Shown here: in pieces, positions 24,392 to 34,500 of the stretch
Numbering within the stretch: the stretch's first letter is position 1
Layout of the letters: every line of letters starts with the position of its first letter
Translations under genes and position numbers: made by a program
Assembly: GCF_013315695.1 (NCBI RefSeq)
Contig: NZ_CP054353.1
Origin: Escherichia coli
GTDB taxonomy: Bacteria; Pseudomonadota; Gammaproteobacteria; Enterobacterales; Enterobacteriaceae
Direction: 5' to 3' (one strand)
Length of the DNA: 64,000 nucleotides
The notes under the pieces: generated by a model
Seen by the model: only the letters and a program-made list of their open reading frames with translations
Told to the model about the DNA's origin: nothing
The model's database searches: none

Positions 24392-25089
24392 TGCAGGATA
24401 TCCGGCAGGAAACACTGAATGAATGCACCCGTGCGGAGCAGTCGGCCAGCGTGGTGCTCTGGGAAATCGACCTGACAGAGGTCGGTGGAGAACGTTATTT
24501 TTTCTGTAATGAGCAGAACGAAAAAGGTGAGCCGGTCACCTGGCAGGGGCGACAGTATCAGCCGTATCCCATTCAGGGGAGCGGTTTTGAACTGAATGGC
24601 AAAGGCACCAGTACGCGCCCCACGCTGACGGTTTCTAACCTGTACGGTATGGTCACCGGGATGGCGGAAGATATGCAGAGTCTGGTCGGCGGAACGGTGG
24701 TCCGGCGTAAGGTTTACGCCCGTTTTCTGGATGCGGTGAACTTCGTCAACGGAAACAGTTACGCCGATCCGGAGCAGGAGGTGATCAGCCGCTGGCGCAT
24801 TGAGCAGTGCAGCGAACTGAGCGCGGTGAGTGCCTCCTTTGTACTGTCCACGCCGACGGAAACGGATGGCGCTGTTTTTCCGGGACGTATCATGCTGGCC
24901 AACACCTGCACCTGGACCTATCGCGGTGACGAGTGCGGTTATAGCGGTCCGGCTGTCGCGGATGAATATGACCAGCCAACGTCCGATATCACGAAGGATA
25001 AATGCAGCAAATGCCTGAGCGGTTGTAAGTTCCGCAATAACGTCGGCAACTTTGGCGGCTTCCTTTCCATTAACAAACTTTCGCAGTAA
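24391..25089 (+). CDS. L: Tail tip protein L
   Basis: 232 aa, lambda gpL. Confidence 0.85.
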   Translation: MQDIRQETLNECTRAEQSASVVLWEIDLTEVGGERYFFCNEQNEKGEPVTWQGRQYQPYPIQGSGFELNGKGTSTRPTLTVSNLYGMVTGMAEDMQSLVGGTVVRRKVYARFLDAVNFVNGNSYADPEQEVISRWRIEQCSELSAVSASFVLSTPTETDGAVFPGRIMLANTCTWTYRGDECGYSGPAVADEYDQPTSDITKDKCSKCLSGCKFRNNVGNFGGFLSINKLSQ

Positions 25090-25094
25090 ATCCC

Positions 25095-25838
25095 ATGACA
25101 CAGACAGAATCAGCGATTCTGGCGCACGCCCGGCGATGTGCGCCAGCGGAGTCGTGCGGCTTCGTGGTAAGCACGCCGGAGGGGGAAAGATATTTCCCCT
25201 GCGTGAATATCTCCGGTGAGCCGGAGGCGTATTTCCGTATGTCGCCGGAAGACTGGCTGCAGGCAGAAATGCAGGGTGAGATTGTGGCGCTGGTCCACAG
25301 CCACCCCGGTGGCCTGCCCTGGCTGAGTGAGGCCGACCGGCGGCTGCAGGTGCAGAGTGATTTGCCGTGGTGGCTGGTCTGCCGGGGGACGATTCATAAG
25401 TTCCGCTGTGTGCCGCATCTCACCGGGCGGCGCTTTGAGCACGGTGTGACGGACTGTTACACACTGTTCCGGGATGCTTATCATCTGGCGGGGATTGAGA
25501 TGCCGGACTTTCATCGTGAGGATGACTGGTGGCGTAACGGCCAGAATCTCTATCTGGATAATCTGGAGGCGACGGGGCTGTATCAGGTGCCGTTGTCAGC
25601 GGCACAGCCGGGCGATGTGCTGCTGTGCTGTTTTGGTTCATCGGTGCCGAATCACGCCGCAATTTACTGCGGCGACGGCGAGCTGCTGCACCATATTCCT
25701 GAACAACTGAGCAAACGAGAGAGGTACACCGACAAATGGCAGCGACGCACACACTCCCTCTGGCGTCACCGGGCATGGCGCGCATCTGCCTTTACGGGGA
25801 TTTACAACGATTTGGTCGCCGCATCGACCTTCGTGTGA
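25095..25838 (+). CDS. K: Tail tip protein K (NlpC/P60 plus JAB-type domains)
   Basis: Longest ORF; the classical lambda start corresponds to the internal ATG at 25239. Confidence 0.8.
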   Translation: MTQTESAILAHARRCAPAESCGFVVSTPEGERYFPCVNISGEPEAYFRMSPEDWLQAEMQGEIVALVHSHPGGLPWLSEADRRLQVQSDLPWWLVCRGTIHKFRCVPHLTGRRFEHGVTDCYTLFRDAYHLAGIEMPDFHREDDWWRNGQNLYLDNLEATGLYQVPLSAAQPGDVLLCCFGSSVPNHAAIYCGDGELLHHIPEQLSKRERYTDKWQRRTHSLWRHRAWRASAFTGIYNDLVAASTFV

Positions 25839-26407
25839 AAACGGGGGCTGAAGCCATCCGGGCACTGGCCACACAGCTCCCGGCGTTTCGTCAGAAACTG
25901 AGCGACGGCTGGTATCAGGTACGGATTGCCGGGCGGGACGTCAGCACGTCCGGGTTAACGGCGCAGTTACATGAGACTCTGCCTGATGGCGCTGTGATTC
26001 ATATTGTTCCCAGAGTCGCCGGGGCCAAGTCAGGTGGCGTATTCCAGATTGTCCTGGGGGCTGCCGCCATTGCCGGATCATTCTTTACCGCCGGAGCCAC
26101 CCTTGCAGCATGGGGGGCAGCCATTGGGGCCGGTGGTATGACCGGCATCCTGTTTTCTCTCGGTGCCAGTATGGTGCTCGGTGGTGTGGCGCAGATGCTG
26201 GCACCGAAAGCCAGAACTCCCCGTACACAGACAACGGATAACGGTAAGCAGAACACCTATTTCTCCTCACTGGATAACATGGTTGCCCAGGGCAATGTTC
26301 TGCCTGTTCTGTACGGGGAAATGCGCGTGGGGTCACGCGTGGTTTCTCAGGAGATCAGCACGGCAGACGAAGGGGACGGTGGTCAGGTTGTGGTGATTGG
26401 TCGCTGA
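25736..26407 (+). CDS. I: Tail tip assembly protein I
   Basis: 223 aa, lambda gpI; overlaps the K 3' end. Confidence 0.85.
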   Translation: MAATHTLPLASPGMARICLYGDLQRFGRRIDLRVKTGAEAIRALATQLPAFRQKLSDGWYQVRIAGRDVSTSGLTAQLHETLPDGAVIHIVPRVAGAKSGGVFQIVLGAAAIAGSFFTAGATLAAWGAAIGAGGMTGILFSLGASMVLGGVAQMLAPKARTPRTQTTDNGKQNTYFSSLDNMVAQGNVLPVLYGEMRVGSRVVSQEISTADEGDGGQVVVIGR

Positions 26408-26467
26408 TGCAAAATGTTTTATGTGAAACCGCCTGCGGGCGGTTTTGTCATTTATGGAGCGTGAGGA

Positions 26468-29400
26468 ATGGGTAAAGGAAGCAGTAAGGGGCATACCCCG
26501 CGCGAAGCGAAGGACAACCTGAAGTCCACGCAGTTGCTGAGTGTGATCGATGCCATCAGCGAAGGGCCGGTTGAAGGTCCGGTGGATGGATTAAAAAGCG
26601 TGCTGCTGAACAGTACGCCGGTGCTGGACACTGAGGGGAATACCAACATCTCCGGTGTCACGGTGGTGTTCCGTGCCGGTGAGCAGGAGCAGACACCGCC
26701 GGAGGGGTTTGAATCCTCCGGCTCCGAGACGGTGCTGGGTACGGAAGTGAAATATGACACGCCGATCACCCGCACCATTACGTCTGCAAACATCGACCGT
26801 CTGCGCTTTACCTTCGGTGTACAGGCACTGGTGGAAACCACCTCAAAGGGTGACAGGAATCCGTCGGAAGTCCGTCTGCTGGTTCAGATACAACGTAACG
26901 GTGGCTGGGTGACGGAAAAAGACATCACCATTAAGGGCAAAACCACCTCGCAGTATCTGGCCTCGGTGGTGGTGGGTAACCTGCCGCCGCGCCCGTTTAA
27001 TATCCGGATGCGCAGGATGACGCCGGACAGCACCACAGACCAGCTGCAGAACAAAACGCTCTGGTCGTCATACACCGAAATCATCGATGTGAAACAGTGC
27101 TACCCGAACACGGCACTGGTCGGCGTGCAGGTGGACTCGGAGCAGTTCGGCAGCCAGCAGGTGAGCCGTAATTATCATCTTCGCGGGCGCATTCTGCAGG
27201 TGCCGTCGAACTATAACCCGCAGACGCGGCAATACAGCGGTATCTGGGACGGAACGTTTAAGCCGGCATACAGCAACAACCCGGCCTGGTGTCTGTGGGA
27301 TATGCTGACCCACCCGCGCTACGGCATGGGGAAACGTCTTGGTGCGGCGGATGTGGATAAATGGGCGCTGTATGTCATCGGCCAGTACTGCGACCAGTCA
27401 GTGCCGGACGGTTTTGGCGGCACGGAGCCGCGCATCACCTGTAATGCCTGGCTGACCACGCAGCGTAAGGCGTGGGATGTGCTCAGTGATTTCTGCTCGG
27501 CGATGCGCTGTATGCCGGTATGGAACGGGCAGACGCTGACGTTCGTGCAGGACCGACCATCAGATAAGGTGTGGACCTATAACCGCAGTAATGTGGTGAT
27601 GCCGGATGATGGCGCGCCGTTCCGCTACAGCTTCAGCGCCCTGAAGGACCGCCATAATGCCGTTGAGGTGAACTGGATTGACCCGAACAACGGCTGGGAG
27701 ACGGCGACAGAGCTTGTTGAAGATACGCAGGCCATTGTCCGTTACGGTCGTAATGTCACGAAGATGGATGCCTTTGGCTGTACCAGCCGGGGGCAGGCAC
27801 ACCGCGCCGGGCTGTGGCTGATTAAAACTGAACTGCTGGAGACGCAGACCGTGGATTTCAGCGTGGGTGCTGAAGGGCTTCGCCATGTACCGGGCGATGT
27901 CATTGAAATCTGCGATGATGACTATGCCGGTATCAGCACCGGTGGTCGCGTGCTGGCGGTGAACAGCCAGACCCGGACGCTGACGCTCGACCGTGAAATC
28001 ACGCTGCCATCCTCCGGTACCACGCTGATAAGCCTGGTTGACGGAAGTGGTAATCCGGTCAGCGTGGAGGTTCAGTCCGTCACCGACGGACTTAAGGTGA
28101 AAGTGAACCGGGTTCCTGACGGCGTTGCAGAATACAGTGTGTGGGGGCTGAAGTTGCCGACGTTGCGTCAGCGCCTGTTCCGCTGTGTGAGTATCCGTGA
28201 GAACGATGACGGCACGTATGCCATCACTGCCGTGCAGCATGTACCGGAAAAAGAAGCCATCGTGGATAACGGGGCGCACTTTGACGGCGACCAGAGCGGC
28301 ACGGTGAATGGTGTCACGCCGCCAGCGGTGCAGCACCTGACCGCCGAAGTCACCGCAGACAGCGGGGAATATCAGGTGCTGGCGCGCTGGGACACGCCGA
28401 AGGTGGTGAAGGGCGTGAGCTTCCTGCTCCGTCTGACCGTAACAGCGGATGACGGCAGTGAGCGGCTGGTCAGCACGGCCCGGACGACGGAAACCACATA
28501 CCGCTTCACGCAACTGGCGCTGGGGAACTACAGACTGACAGTCCGGGCGGTAAATGCGTGGGGGCAGCAGGGCGATCCGGCGTCGGTATCGTTCCGGATT
28601 GCCGCACCGGCAGCACCGTCGAGGATTGAGCTGACGCCGGGCTATTTTCAGATAACCGCCACGCCGCATCTTGCCGTTTATGACCCGACGGTACAGTTTG
28701 AGTTCTGGTTCTCGGAAAAGCGGATTACCGATATCAGGCAGGTTGAAACCACAGCCCGCTATCTTGGTACGGCGCTGTACTGGATAGCCGCCAGTATCAA
28801 TATCAAACCGGGCCATGATTATTACTTTTATATCCGCAGTGTGAACACCGTTGGCAAATCGGCATTCGTGGAGGCTGTCGGTCAGGCGAGCGATGATGCG
28901 GAAGGTTACCTGGATTTTTTCAAAGGCCAGATAACCGAATCCCATCTCGGCAAGGAGCTGCTGGAAAAAGTCGAGCTGACGGAGGATAACGCCAGCAGAC
29001 TGGAGGAGTTTTCGAAAGAGTGGCAGGACGCTAACGATAAGTGGAATGCCATGTGGGGCGTCAAAATTGAGCAGACCAAAGACGGCAAACATTATGTCGC
29101 GGGTATTGGCCTCAGCATGGAGGACACGGAAGAAGGCAAGCTGAGCCAGTTTCTGGTTGCCGCTAACCGTATCGCGTTTATTGACCCGGCAAACGGGAAT
29201 GAAACGCCGATGTTTGTGGCGCAGGGCAATCAGATATTTATGAACGACGTGTTCCTGAAGCGCCTGACGGCCCCGACCATTACCAGTGGTGGAAATCCAC
29301 CGGCATTTTCCCTGACATCAGACGGAAAGCTGACCGCTAAAAATGCGGATATCAGTGGCAGAGTGAATGCGAACGCCGGGACGCTCAACAATGTCACGGT

Positions 29401-29881
29401 AAATGAAAACTGTACGATTAAGGGCATGCTGGAGGCGACTCAGGTCAGAGGTGACTTCGTTAAAGCTGTATCCAAATCATTCCCGAAACAGGCTGGTACG
29501 TGGGGTAACACGGAAACACCAAACGGGACGGTTACAGTCACCATCAGCGATGATCATAACTTTGACCGTCAAATCATTATTCCGCCCATTATCTTTAACG
29601 GAATAGCGTATAGCGATCCGGGAAGTGGTAATAACCCGGGAGGTACAAGATACACGGGTTATGGTTTTGAAGTTCGCAAAAACGGTGTATTAATCGCATC
29701 CAGAGAAACTAAAGGGGCCATTCCCGGTAGCTACAGTGCGGTTATTGATATGCCGAGTGGCAGGGGAAGCGTCACTCTGGAGTTTAAGGTTTTCCATAAA
29801 GGCAATCAGTGGGCAGGTAATATCACCGACTGTACGGTGATTGTGACCAAAAAAGCCGCTTCCGGCATCAGTATTCGTTGA
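26468..29881 (+). CDS. J: Central tail fibre / host-specificity protein J
   Basis: 1137 aa, lambda gpJ; the C-terminal ~150 codons are visibly lower in GC. Confidence 0.9.
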   Translation: MGKGSSKGHTPREAKDNLKSTQLLSVIDAISEGPVEGPVDGLKSVLLNSTPVLDTEGNTNISGVTVVFRAGEQEQTPPEGFESSGSETVLGTEVKYDTPITRTITSANIDRLRFTFGVQALVETTSKGDRNPSEVRLLVQIQRNGGWVTEKDITIKGKTTSQYLASVVVGNLPPRPFNIRMRRMTPDSTTDQLQNKTLWSSYTEIIDVKQCYPNTALVGVQVDSEQFGSQQVSRNYHLRGRILQVPSNYNPQTRQYSGIWDGTFKPAYSNNPAWCLWDMLTHPRYGMGKRLGAADVDKWALYVIGQYCDQSVPDGFGGTEPRITCNAWLTTQRKAWDVLSDFCSAMRCMPVWNGQTLTFVQDRPSDKVWTYNRSNVVMPDDGAPFRYSFSALKDRHNAVEVNWIDPNNGWETATELVEDTQAIVRYGRNVTKMDAFGCTSRGQAHRAGLWLIKTELLETQTVDFSVGAEGLRHVPGDVIEICDDDYAGISTGGRVLAVNSQTRTLTLDREITLPSSGTTLISLVDGSGNPVSVEVQSVTDGLKVKVNRVPDGVAEYSVWGLKLPTLRQRLFRCVSIRENDDGTYAITAVQHVPEKEAIVDNGAHFDGDQSGTVNGVTPPAVQHLTAEVTADSGEYQVLARWDTPKVVKGVSFLLRLTVTADDGSERLVSTARTTETTYRFTQLALGNYRLTVRAVNAWGQQGDPASVSFRIAAPAAPSRIELTPGYFQITATPHLAVYDPTVQFEFWFSEKRITDIRQVETTARYLGTALYWIAASINIKPGHDYYFYIRSVNTVGKSAFVEAVGQASDDAEGYLDFFKGQITESHLGKELLEKVELTEDNASRLEEFSKEWQDANDKWNAMWGVKIEQTKDGKHYVAGIGLSMEDTEEGKLSQFLVAANRIAFIDPANGNETPMFVAQGNQIFMNDVFLKRLTAPTITSGGNPPAFSLTSDGKLTAKNADISGRVNANAGTLNNVTVNENCTIKGMLEATQVRGDFVKAVSKSFPKQAGTWGNTETPNGTVTVTISDDHNFDRQIIIPPIIFNGIAYSDPGSGNNPGGTRYTGYGFEVRKNGVLIASRETKGAIPGSYSAVIDMPSGRGSVTLEFKVFHKGNQWAGNITDCTVIVTKKAASGISIR

Positions 29882-29901
29882 AATTGTTATAACCCATATA
29901 A

Positions 29902-29927
29902 GGGCACCAGAAATGGTGCCTTTTTTA
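29902..29927 (+). terminator. Rho-independent terminator after J
   Basis: gggcacc-agaaat-ggtgcc followed by ttttttatt. Confidence 0.5.
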
Positions 29928-29950
29928 TTGCAGAAAAGCGAGAGGTAATT

Positions 29951-30550
29951 ATGCGTAAACTTTATGCCGCCATTTTGTCCGCAGCCATTTGTCTGGCCGT
30001 ATCCGGTGCGCCTGCATGGGCATCTGAACATCAGTCCACGCTGAGCGCGGGGTATCTTCATGCCCGGACCAACGTTCCCGGCAGTGATGATCTGAACGGG
30101 ATTAACGTGAAATACCGTTATGAGTTTACGGATACGCTGGGGCTGGTGACGTCATTCAGCTATGCAGGAGACAAGAATCGCCAGCTGACCCGTTACAGCG
30201 ATACCAGCTGGCATGAAGATTCCGTGCGTAACCGCTGGTTCAGCGTGATGGCGGGGCCGTCTGTGCGCGTGAATGAATGGTTCAGCGCGTATGCGATGGC
30301 GGGTATGGCTTACAGCCGTGTTTCGACTTTTTCCGGGGATTACCTTCGCGTAACTGACAACAAGGGGAAAACGCACGATGTGCTGACCGGAAGTGATGAC
30401 GGTCGCCACAGCAACACGTCTCTGGCGTGGGGGGCTGGCGTGCAGTTTAACCCGACCGAATCCGTGGCCATTGATATTGCTTATGAAGGTTCTGGCAGTG
30501 GTGACTGGCGCACTGACGGTTTCATCGTGGGTGTCGGTTATAAATTCTGA
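29951..30550 (+). CDS. lom: Lom outer-membrane protein (Ail/Lom family)
   Basis: Signal peptide MRKLYAAILSAAICLAVSGAPAWA, 8-strand barrel, C-terminal ..GFIVGVGYKF. Confidence 0.85.
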   Translation: MRKLYAAILSAAICLAVSGAPAWASEHQSTLSAGYLHARTNVPGSDDLNGINVKYRYEFTDTLGLVTSFSYAGDKNRQLTRYSDTSWHEDSVRNRWFSVMAGPSVRVNEWFSAYAMAGMAYSRVSTFSGDYLRVTDNKGKTHDVLTGSDDGRHSNTSLAWGAGVQFNPTESVAIDIAYEGSGSGDWRTDGFIVGVGYKF

Positions 30551-30576
30551 TTAGCCAGGTAACACAGTGTTATGAC

Positions 30577-30605
30577 AGCCCGCCGGTTCAGGTGGGCTTT
30601 TTTGT
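30577..30605 (+). terminator. Rho-independent terminator after lom
   Basis: agcccgcc-ggttca-ggtgggc followed by tttttt. Confidence 0.5.
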
Positions 30606-30614
30606 GGGGGGAAT

Positions 30615-33011
30615 ATGGCAGTAAAGATTTCAGGTGTACTGAAAGACGGCACAGGAAAACCGGTACAGAACTGCTCAATCCAGCTGAAAGCAAAACGTAA
30701 CAGCACCACGGTGGTAGTGAACACGCTGGCCTCAGAAAATCCGGATGAAGCCGGGCGTTACAGTATGGATGTTGAGTATGGCCAGTACAGCGTTATCCTG
30801 CTGGTTGAAGGTTTTTCGCCTTCACATGCCGGGACCATCACCGTGTATGAAGATTCTAAGCCGGGGACGCTGAATGATTTTCTCGGTGCCATGACGGAAG
30901 ATGATGTCATGCCGGAGGCATTGCGTCGTTTTGAGGAAATGGTGGAAGAAGCGGCACGCAACGCTGAAGCCGCCTCTCAGAGCGCAGCGGCGGCAAAGAA
31001 ATCCGAAACTGCAGCGGCATCATCGAAGAACGCGGCGAAAACCTCAGAAACGAATGCAGCTAATAGTGCACAGGCGGCAGCGACCTCAAAGACTGCATCG
31101 GCAAACTCCGCGACAGCAGCCAAAAAATCAGAAACCAACGCGAAAAATAGCGAGACAGCCGCAAAGACGAGCGAAACCAACGCAAAGTCCAGCCAGACGG
31201 CAGCGAAAACCAGCGAAACGAATGCCAAAGCCAGTGAAACTGCGGCAAAAAACAGCCAGGTTGCAGCAGCCCAAAGCGAGAGCGCGGCAGCCGGTTCTGC
31301 GACTTCAGCAGCTGGATCAGCAACTGCTGCGGCTAACAGCCAGAAAGCTGCGAAGACGAGTGAAACTAACGCAAAGTCCAGCCAGACGGCAGCGAAGACC
31401 AGCGAAACGAATGCCAAAGCCAGCGAAACTGCGGCGAAAAACAGTCAGGATGCAGCAGCCCAAAGCGAGAGTGCTGCAGCTGGTTCTGCAAGCGCGGCGG
31501 CTGCTTCTGCCACTGCATCAGCCAACAGTCAAAAAGCAGCAAAAACCAGTGAAACCAATGCAAAGACAAGCGAGACTGCAGCGGCGAACTCGGCGAAAGC
31601 ATCGGCAGCAAGCCAGACAGCAGCTAAAGCAAGTGAAGACGCAGCCAGAGAGTATGCAAGTCAGGCAGCAGAGCCGTATAAATATGTCTTACAGCCACTG
31701 CCTGATGTGTGGATACCGTTTAACGATTCACTGGATATGATTACGGGCTTTTCGCCGTCATATAAAAAAATTGTTATTGGTGATGATGAAATAACGATGC
31801 CTGGCGACAAGGTTGTTAAGTTTAAACGCGCATCAACTGCCACATATATCAATAAATCAGGCGTATTTAGTGTTGCTAAAATTGATGAGCCACGATTTGA
31901 AAAAGAAGGTTTATTGATTGAAGGACAGCGCACTAACTATTTTGTTAAATCCAATACTCCCGCTGAATGGACGAGTACCAGCAATATCGATAAAACTAAT
32001 AATGGTGTTGATGAATTTGGTTTTTCATATGCCAAAATGCGAACAAAAGATAATATGACAGGACAATCATCTGCACTTAGTCTGCATACATGCAGTGCAT
32101 CCCGGGGGATTGATGTTAGTGGCGATAATAAGTATTGCACTGTTTCATGCAGGGTTAAAGCTCCTGATGGTCTTCGTTGTCGTTTGCGTTTTGAAAAATA
32201 CGATGGGTCGGTTTATACATTTTTAGGAGATGCTTATTTAACTTTCGGAACTCTGATAATAGAAAAAACTGGCGGAGCAGCCAATAGAATAGCAGCTACT
32301 GCAACTAAAGATCCGGTTACAGGGTGGATTTTCTATGAGGCAACTATAGAAGCTGTTGAAGGTGAAACCTTAATTGGCGCAATGATTCAGTATGCGCCGA
32401 AAAAAGGTGGTATAACTGAAGCGGGAGATTATATTTACCTTGCAACACCACAATTTGAAAACGGCGGATGTGCTTCATCTTTTGTTATTACGACAACTGC
32501 ACCCGCAACCCGCTCCAGTGATATGGTGACGATCCCAACTGAAAATAATATCTATAATAGACCGCTTACGTGTCTTGTCGAGGTTAATAGAAATTGGGGC
32601 GATATTCCTCCTAATGTAGCACCGCGTATTTTTGATTTTTCTGGTGTGCCACCTATTGAGTCAATTACATACGCTTTTAACACAACTGAGAAATATTACG
32701 GTCAGCTTTATATGCAAACTTATAAAGCGTCGACAAGTACTTACGTTTCTAGTGTGTTTGCTGGTCGAGCTGATGTTCGAAAATTCATTGGTGGTTTTAA
32801 TATTTATTCTGATGGTACTAAACGAGTAGTTTCTAACGGTGAGGCTACTAAAACTATGAAAACGGAGTGGACGGGCGTAAAAACACGGACCTTTATTCGA
32901 ATTGGAGGTCAAGCCACATCGGGAACTCGTCATCTATTCGGCCATTTGAGAAATCTTCGTCTCTGGCATAAAGAATTAACTGATGCGCAAATGGGGGAGA
33001 GTATTAAATGA
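30615..33011 (+). CDS. stf: Side tail fibre Stf, intact single ORF; lambda-type N-terminus and repeats, divergent low-GC C-terminal domain
   Basis: 798 aa; N-terminus MAVKISGVLKDGTGKPVQNCSIQLKA..; Ser/Ala/Thr/Lys repeats; C-terminus ends ..GHLRNLRLWHKELTDAQMGESIK, resembling LamG/ConA-like lectin domain ends. Confidence 0.8.
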   Translation: MAVKISGVLKDGTGKPVQNCSIQLKAKRNSTTVVVNTLASENPDEAGRYSMDVEYGQYSVILLVEGFSPSHAGTITVYEDSKPGTLNDFLGAMTEDDVMPEALRRFEEMVEEAARNAEAASQSAAAAKKSETAAASSKNAAKTSETNAANSAQAAATSKTASANSATAAKKSETNAKNSETAAKTSETNAKSSQTAAKTSETNAKASETAAKNSQVAAAQSESAAAGSATSAAGSATAAANSQKAAKTSETNAKSSQTAAKTSETNAKASETAAKNSQDAAAQSESAAAGSASAAAASATASANSQKAAKTSETNAKTSETAAANSAKASAASQTAAKASEDAAREYASQAAEPYKYVLQPLPDVWIPFNDSLDMITGFSPSYKKIVIGDDEITMPGDKVVKFKRASTATYINKSGVFSVAKIDEPRFEKEGLLIEGQRTNYFVKSNTPAEWTSTSNIDKTNNGVDEFGFSYAKMRTKDNMTGQSSALSLHTCSASRGIDVSGDNKYCTVSCRVKAPDGLRCRLRFEKYDGSVYTFLGDAYLTFGTLIIEKTGGAANRIAATATKDPVTGWIFYEATIEAVEGETLIGAMIQYAPKKGGITEAGDYIYLATPQFENGGCASSFVITTTAPATRSSDMVTIPTENNIYNRPLTCLVEVNRNWGDIPPNVAPRIFDFSGVPPIESITYAFNTTEKYYGQLYMQTYKASTSTYVSSVFAGRADVRKFIGGFNIYSDGTKRVVSNGEATKTMKTEWTGVKTRTFIRIGGQATSGTRHLFGHLRNLRLWHKELTDAQMGESIK
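31179..31556 (+). repeat. Two tandem ~189-bp copies (63 codons each) inside stf
   Basis: aacgcaaagtccagccagacggcagcgaa... recurs at 31179 and 31368 at ~90% identity. Confidence 0.7.
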
Positions 33012-33289
33012 AAGATTTAACACTCAAATTTGCAGACAGGGCCGACTTTTCGGCCTTTATGGAGAGCATTGGCTATTATGATGACGAGTCGATGCAGGAT
33101 GATATTCTTATTGACGTGATAGGTAATGTGTACAAAGAAACCGGAGAACTTACTGAAGATGGCGAGCCGGTATGTGTTAAGGAGGACGGATATTTTGTAA
33201 ATGTGCGCATCATTAATGATTCGCAAATATCGTCATTATTCGATGAATACGTGGTTGCTGTTGAGCATCAACTCCGTAGCTGGATGTGA
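33008..33289 (+). CDS. Hypothetical highly acidic 93-aa protein, translationally coupled to stf
   Basis: ATGA overlap with the stf stop; D/E-rich; no recognisable family. Confidence 0.45.
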   Translation: MKDLTLKFADRADFSAFMESIGYYDDESMQDDILIDVIGNVYKETGELTEDGEPVCVKEDGYFVNVRIINDSQISSLFDEYVVAVEHQLRSWM

Positions 33290-33298
33290 GGAAGAAAA

Positions 33299-34003
33299 AT
33301 GGCTACATCGACAGTAATTCCTGATGACATCAAAACGCTAAAGGGAGATGTCAGTAAGGCAAAGGAAGATATTTCCTCAATTAACGTAAAAGTATCAACG
33401 CTTCAGACTGATATGGACAGTGCAAAGCAGGATATCAGTACCAGATACACAAAAACAGAAGTGGATAATAAGCTGAAAAACAAAGTGGAAGTGAACGATC
33501 TGGAAAGTGGTCGTTATGGCGGAGATTTTTACCCGCTGACTGGCCGTGAAGCGTTTTATTTATGGGGATTGGGCACAACTACAGCGGCGGCAAATCTTTA
33601 TCTTAATCCTGACCCTGCAATTTCGTCTGTGCTGCGGTCAACATCGTCTATCCGCTATAAACATTCAGTAGAGACGATAGATTCAGAGCACGCCGATCTC
33701 ATTTTCAGGATGCGCCCTGTGTGGTACAGGTCGCAATGCGAAAATGACAGGCGTGACTGGGGATTCTATGGATTGATTGCCGAGGAAGTAGGAGAAATTG
33801 CCCCTCAGTTTGTTCACTGGCGACCAGCCAACGAAGATGATGCACCGGAAACCATTTCCAGCAATGGCCTTGTTGCCGAAGGTGTAATGTACGAACGTCT
33901 GGTTGTTCCACTGATTCACCATATCCAGAAACTGACTGAAAGAGTTGATGAACTTGAGTCAGAATTGAAGTTGTTATCAACTTCCCAAAGCGATATCGGA
34001 TAA
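33299..34003 (+). CDS. Short fibre-like protein: coiled-coil N-terminus plus C-terminal intramolecular-chaperone (peptidase S74-like) domain
   Basis: ..STSSIRYKHSVETID..LIFRMRPVWYR..GFYGLIAEEVGEIAPQFV..LVAEGVMYERLVVPLIHHIQKLTERVDELESEL.. Confidence 0.55.
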   Translation: MATSTVIPDDIKTLKGDVSKAKEDISSINVKVSTLQTDMDSAKQDISTRYTKTEVDNKLKNKVEVNDLESGRYGGDFYPLTGREAFYLWGLGTTTAAANLYLNPDPAISSVLRSTSSIRYKHSVETIDSEHADLIFRMRPVWYRSQCENDRRDWGFYGLIAEEVGEIAPQFVHWRPANEDDAPETISSNGLVAEGVMYERLVVPLIHHIQKLTERVDELESELKLLSTSQSDIG

Positions 34004-34013
34004 AGGAGGAGTA

Positions 34014-34307
34014 ATGGATATAACACCTTTTCTTCATGCGCTTTGTGCTGTGGCTGCGCAGGTAATGATTGGTCTTTTTGCCGGAAACTGGGTTTACGGG
34101 GCGATAGCCGGTTGTACGTTCTTCATTGCGCGTGAACACACCCAGGCAGAATATCGCTGGATTGAAATGTTCGGGCATGGCAAGTGGATTAACATGCCGT
34201 GGTGGGGCGGTTTTGATCCGCGTGTTTGGGATGTGGCAAGCCTGATAGATTTTGCTGTGCCGGTGGTGGCGTGTCTGCTGGTCTGGCTGTTGGTTAATCG
34301 TGGGTGA
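34014..34307 (+). CDS. Small predicted membrane protein (97 aa)
   Basis: Strong RBS aggagg; hydrophobic segments LHALCAVAAQVMIGLFAGNWVYGAIAGCTFFIA and LIDFAVPVVACLLVWLLV. Confidence 0.5.
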   Translation: MDITPFLHALCAVAAQVMIGLFAGNWVYGAIAGCTFFIAREHTQAEYRWIEMFGHGKWINMPWWGGFDPRVWDVASLIDFAVPVVACLLVWLLVNRG

Positions 34308-34317
34308 AAAAAGGTGA

Positions 34318-34446
34318 GCTGTATATGCAACGGAGGAAGAAACCCCGTTGCTGGAAGCCTGGAAAAAGTATCGGGTGTTGCTGAACCGTGTTGATACATC
34401 AACTGCACCTGATATTGAGTGGCCTACGAACCCTGTCAGGGAGTAA
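34318..34446 (+). pseudogene. 3' remnant of a tail fibre assembly gene (tfa)
   Basis: 42 codons ..[39 protein letters not shown] with an in-frame stop immediately upstream. Confidence 0.65.
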
Positions 34447-34500
34447 TCATTGGGATTATGCCGCAGCACGTCTTAAGCAAGAACGTGCTGCGGTTGGATG

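Noticed and set aside
25095-25238. Upstream extension of gene K relative to the classical lambda start
   Set aside because: Either start is possible; the longest ORF is reported with the alternative ATG noted.
30901-31740. Arg/Gln/Lys-rich 279-aa ORF and Ala-rich antisense ORFs over the stf repeat region
   Set aside because: Low-complexity translations of the repeat region in the wrong frames.
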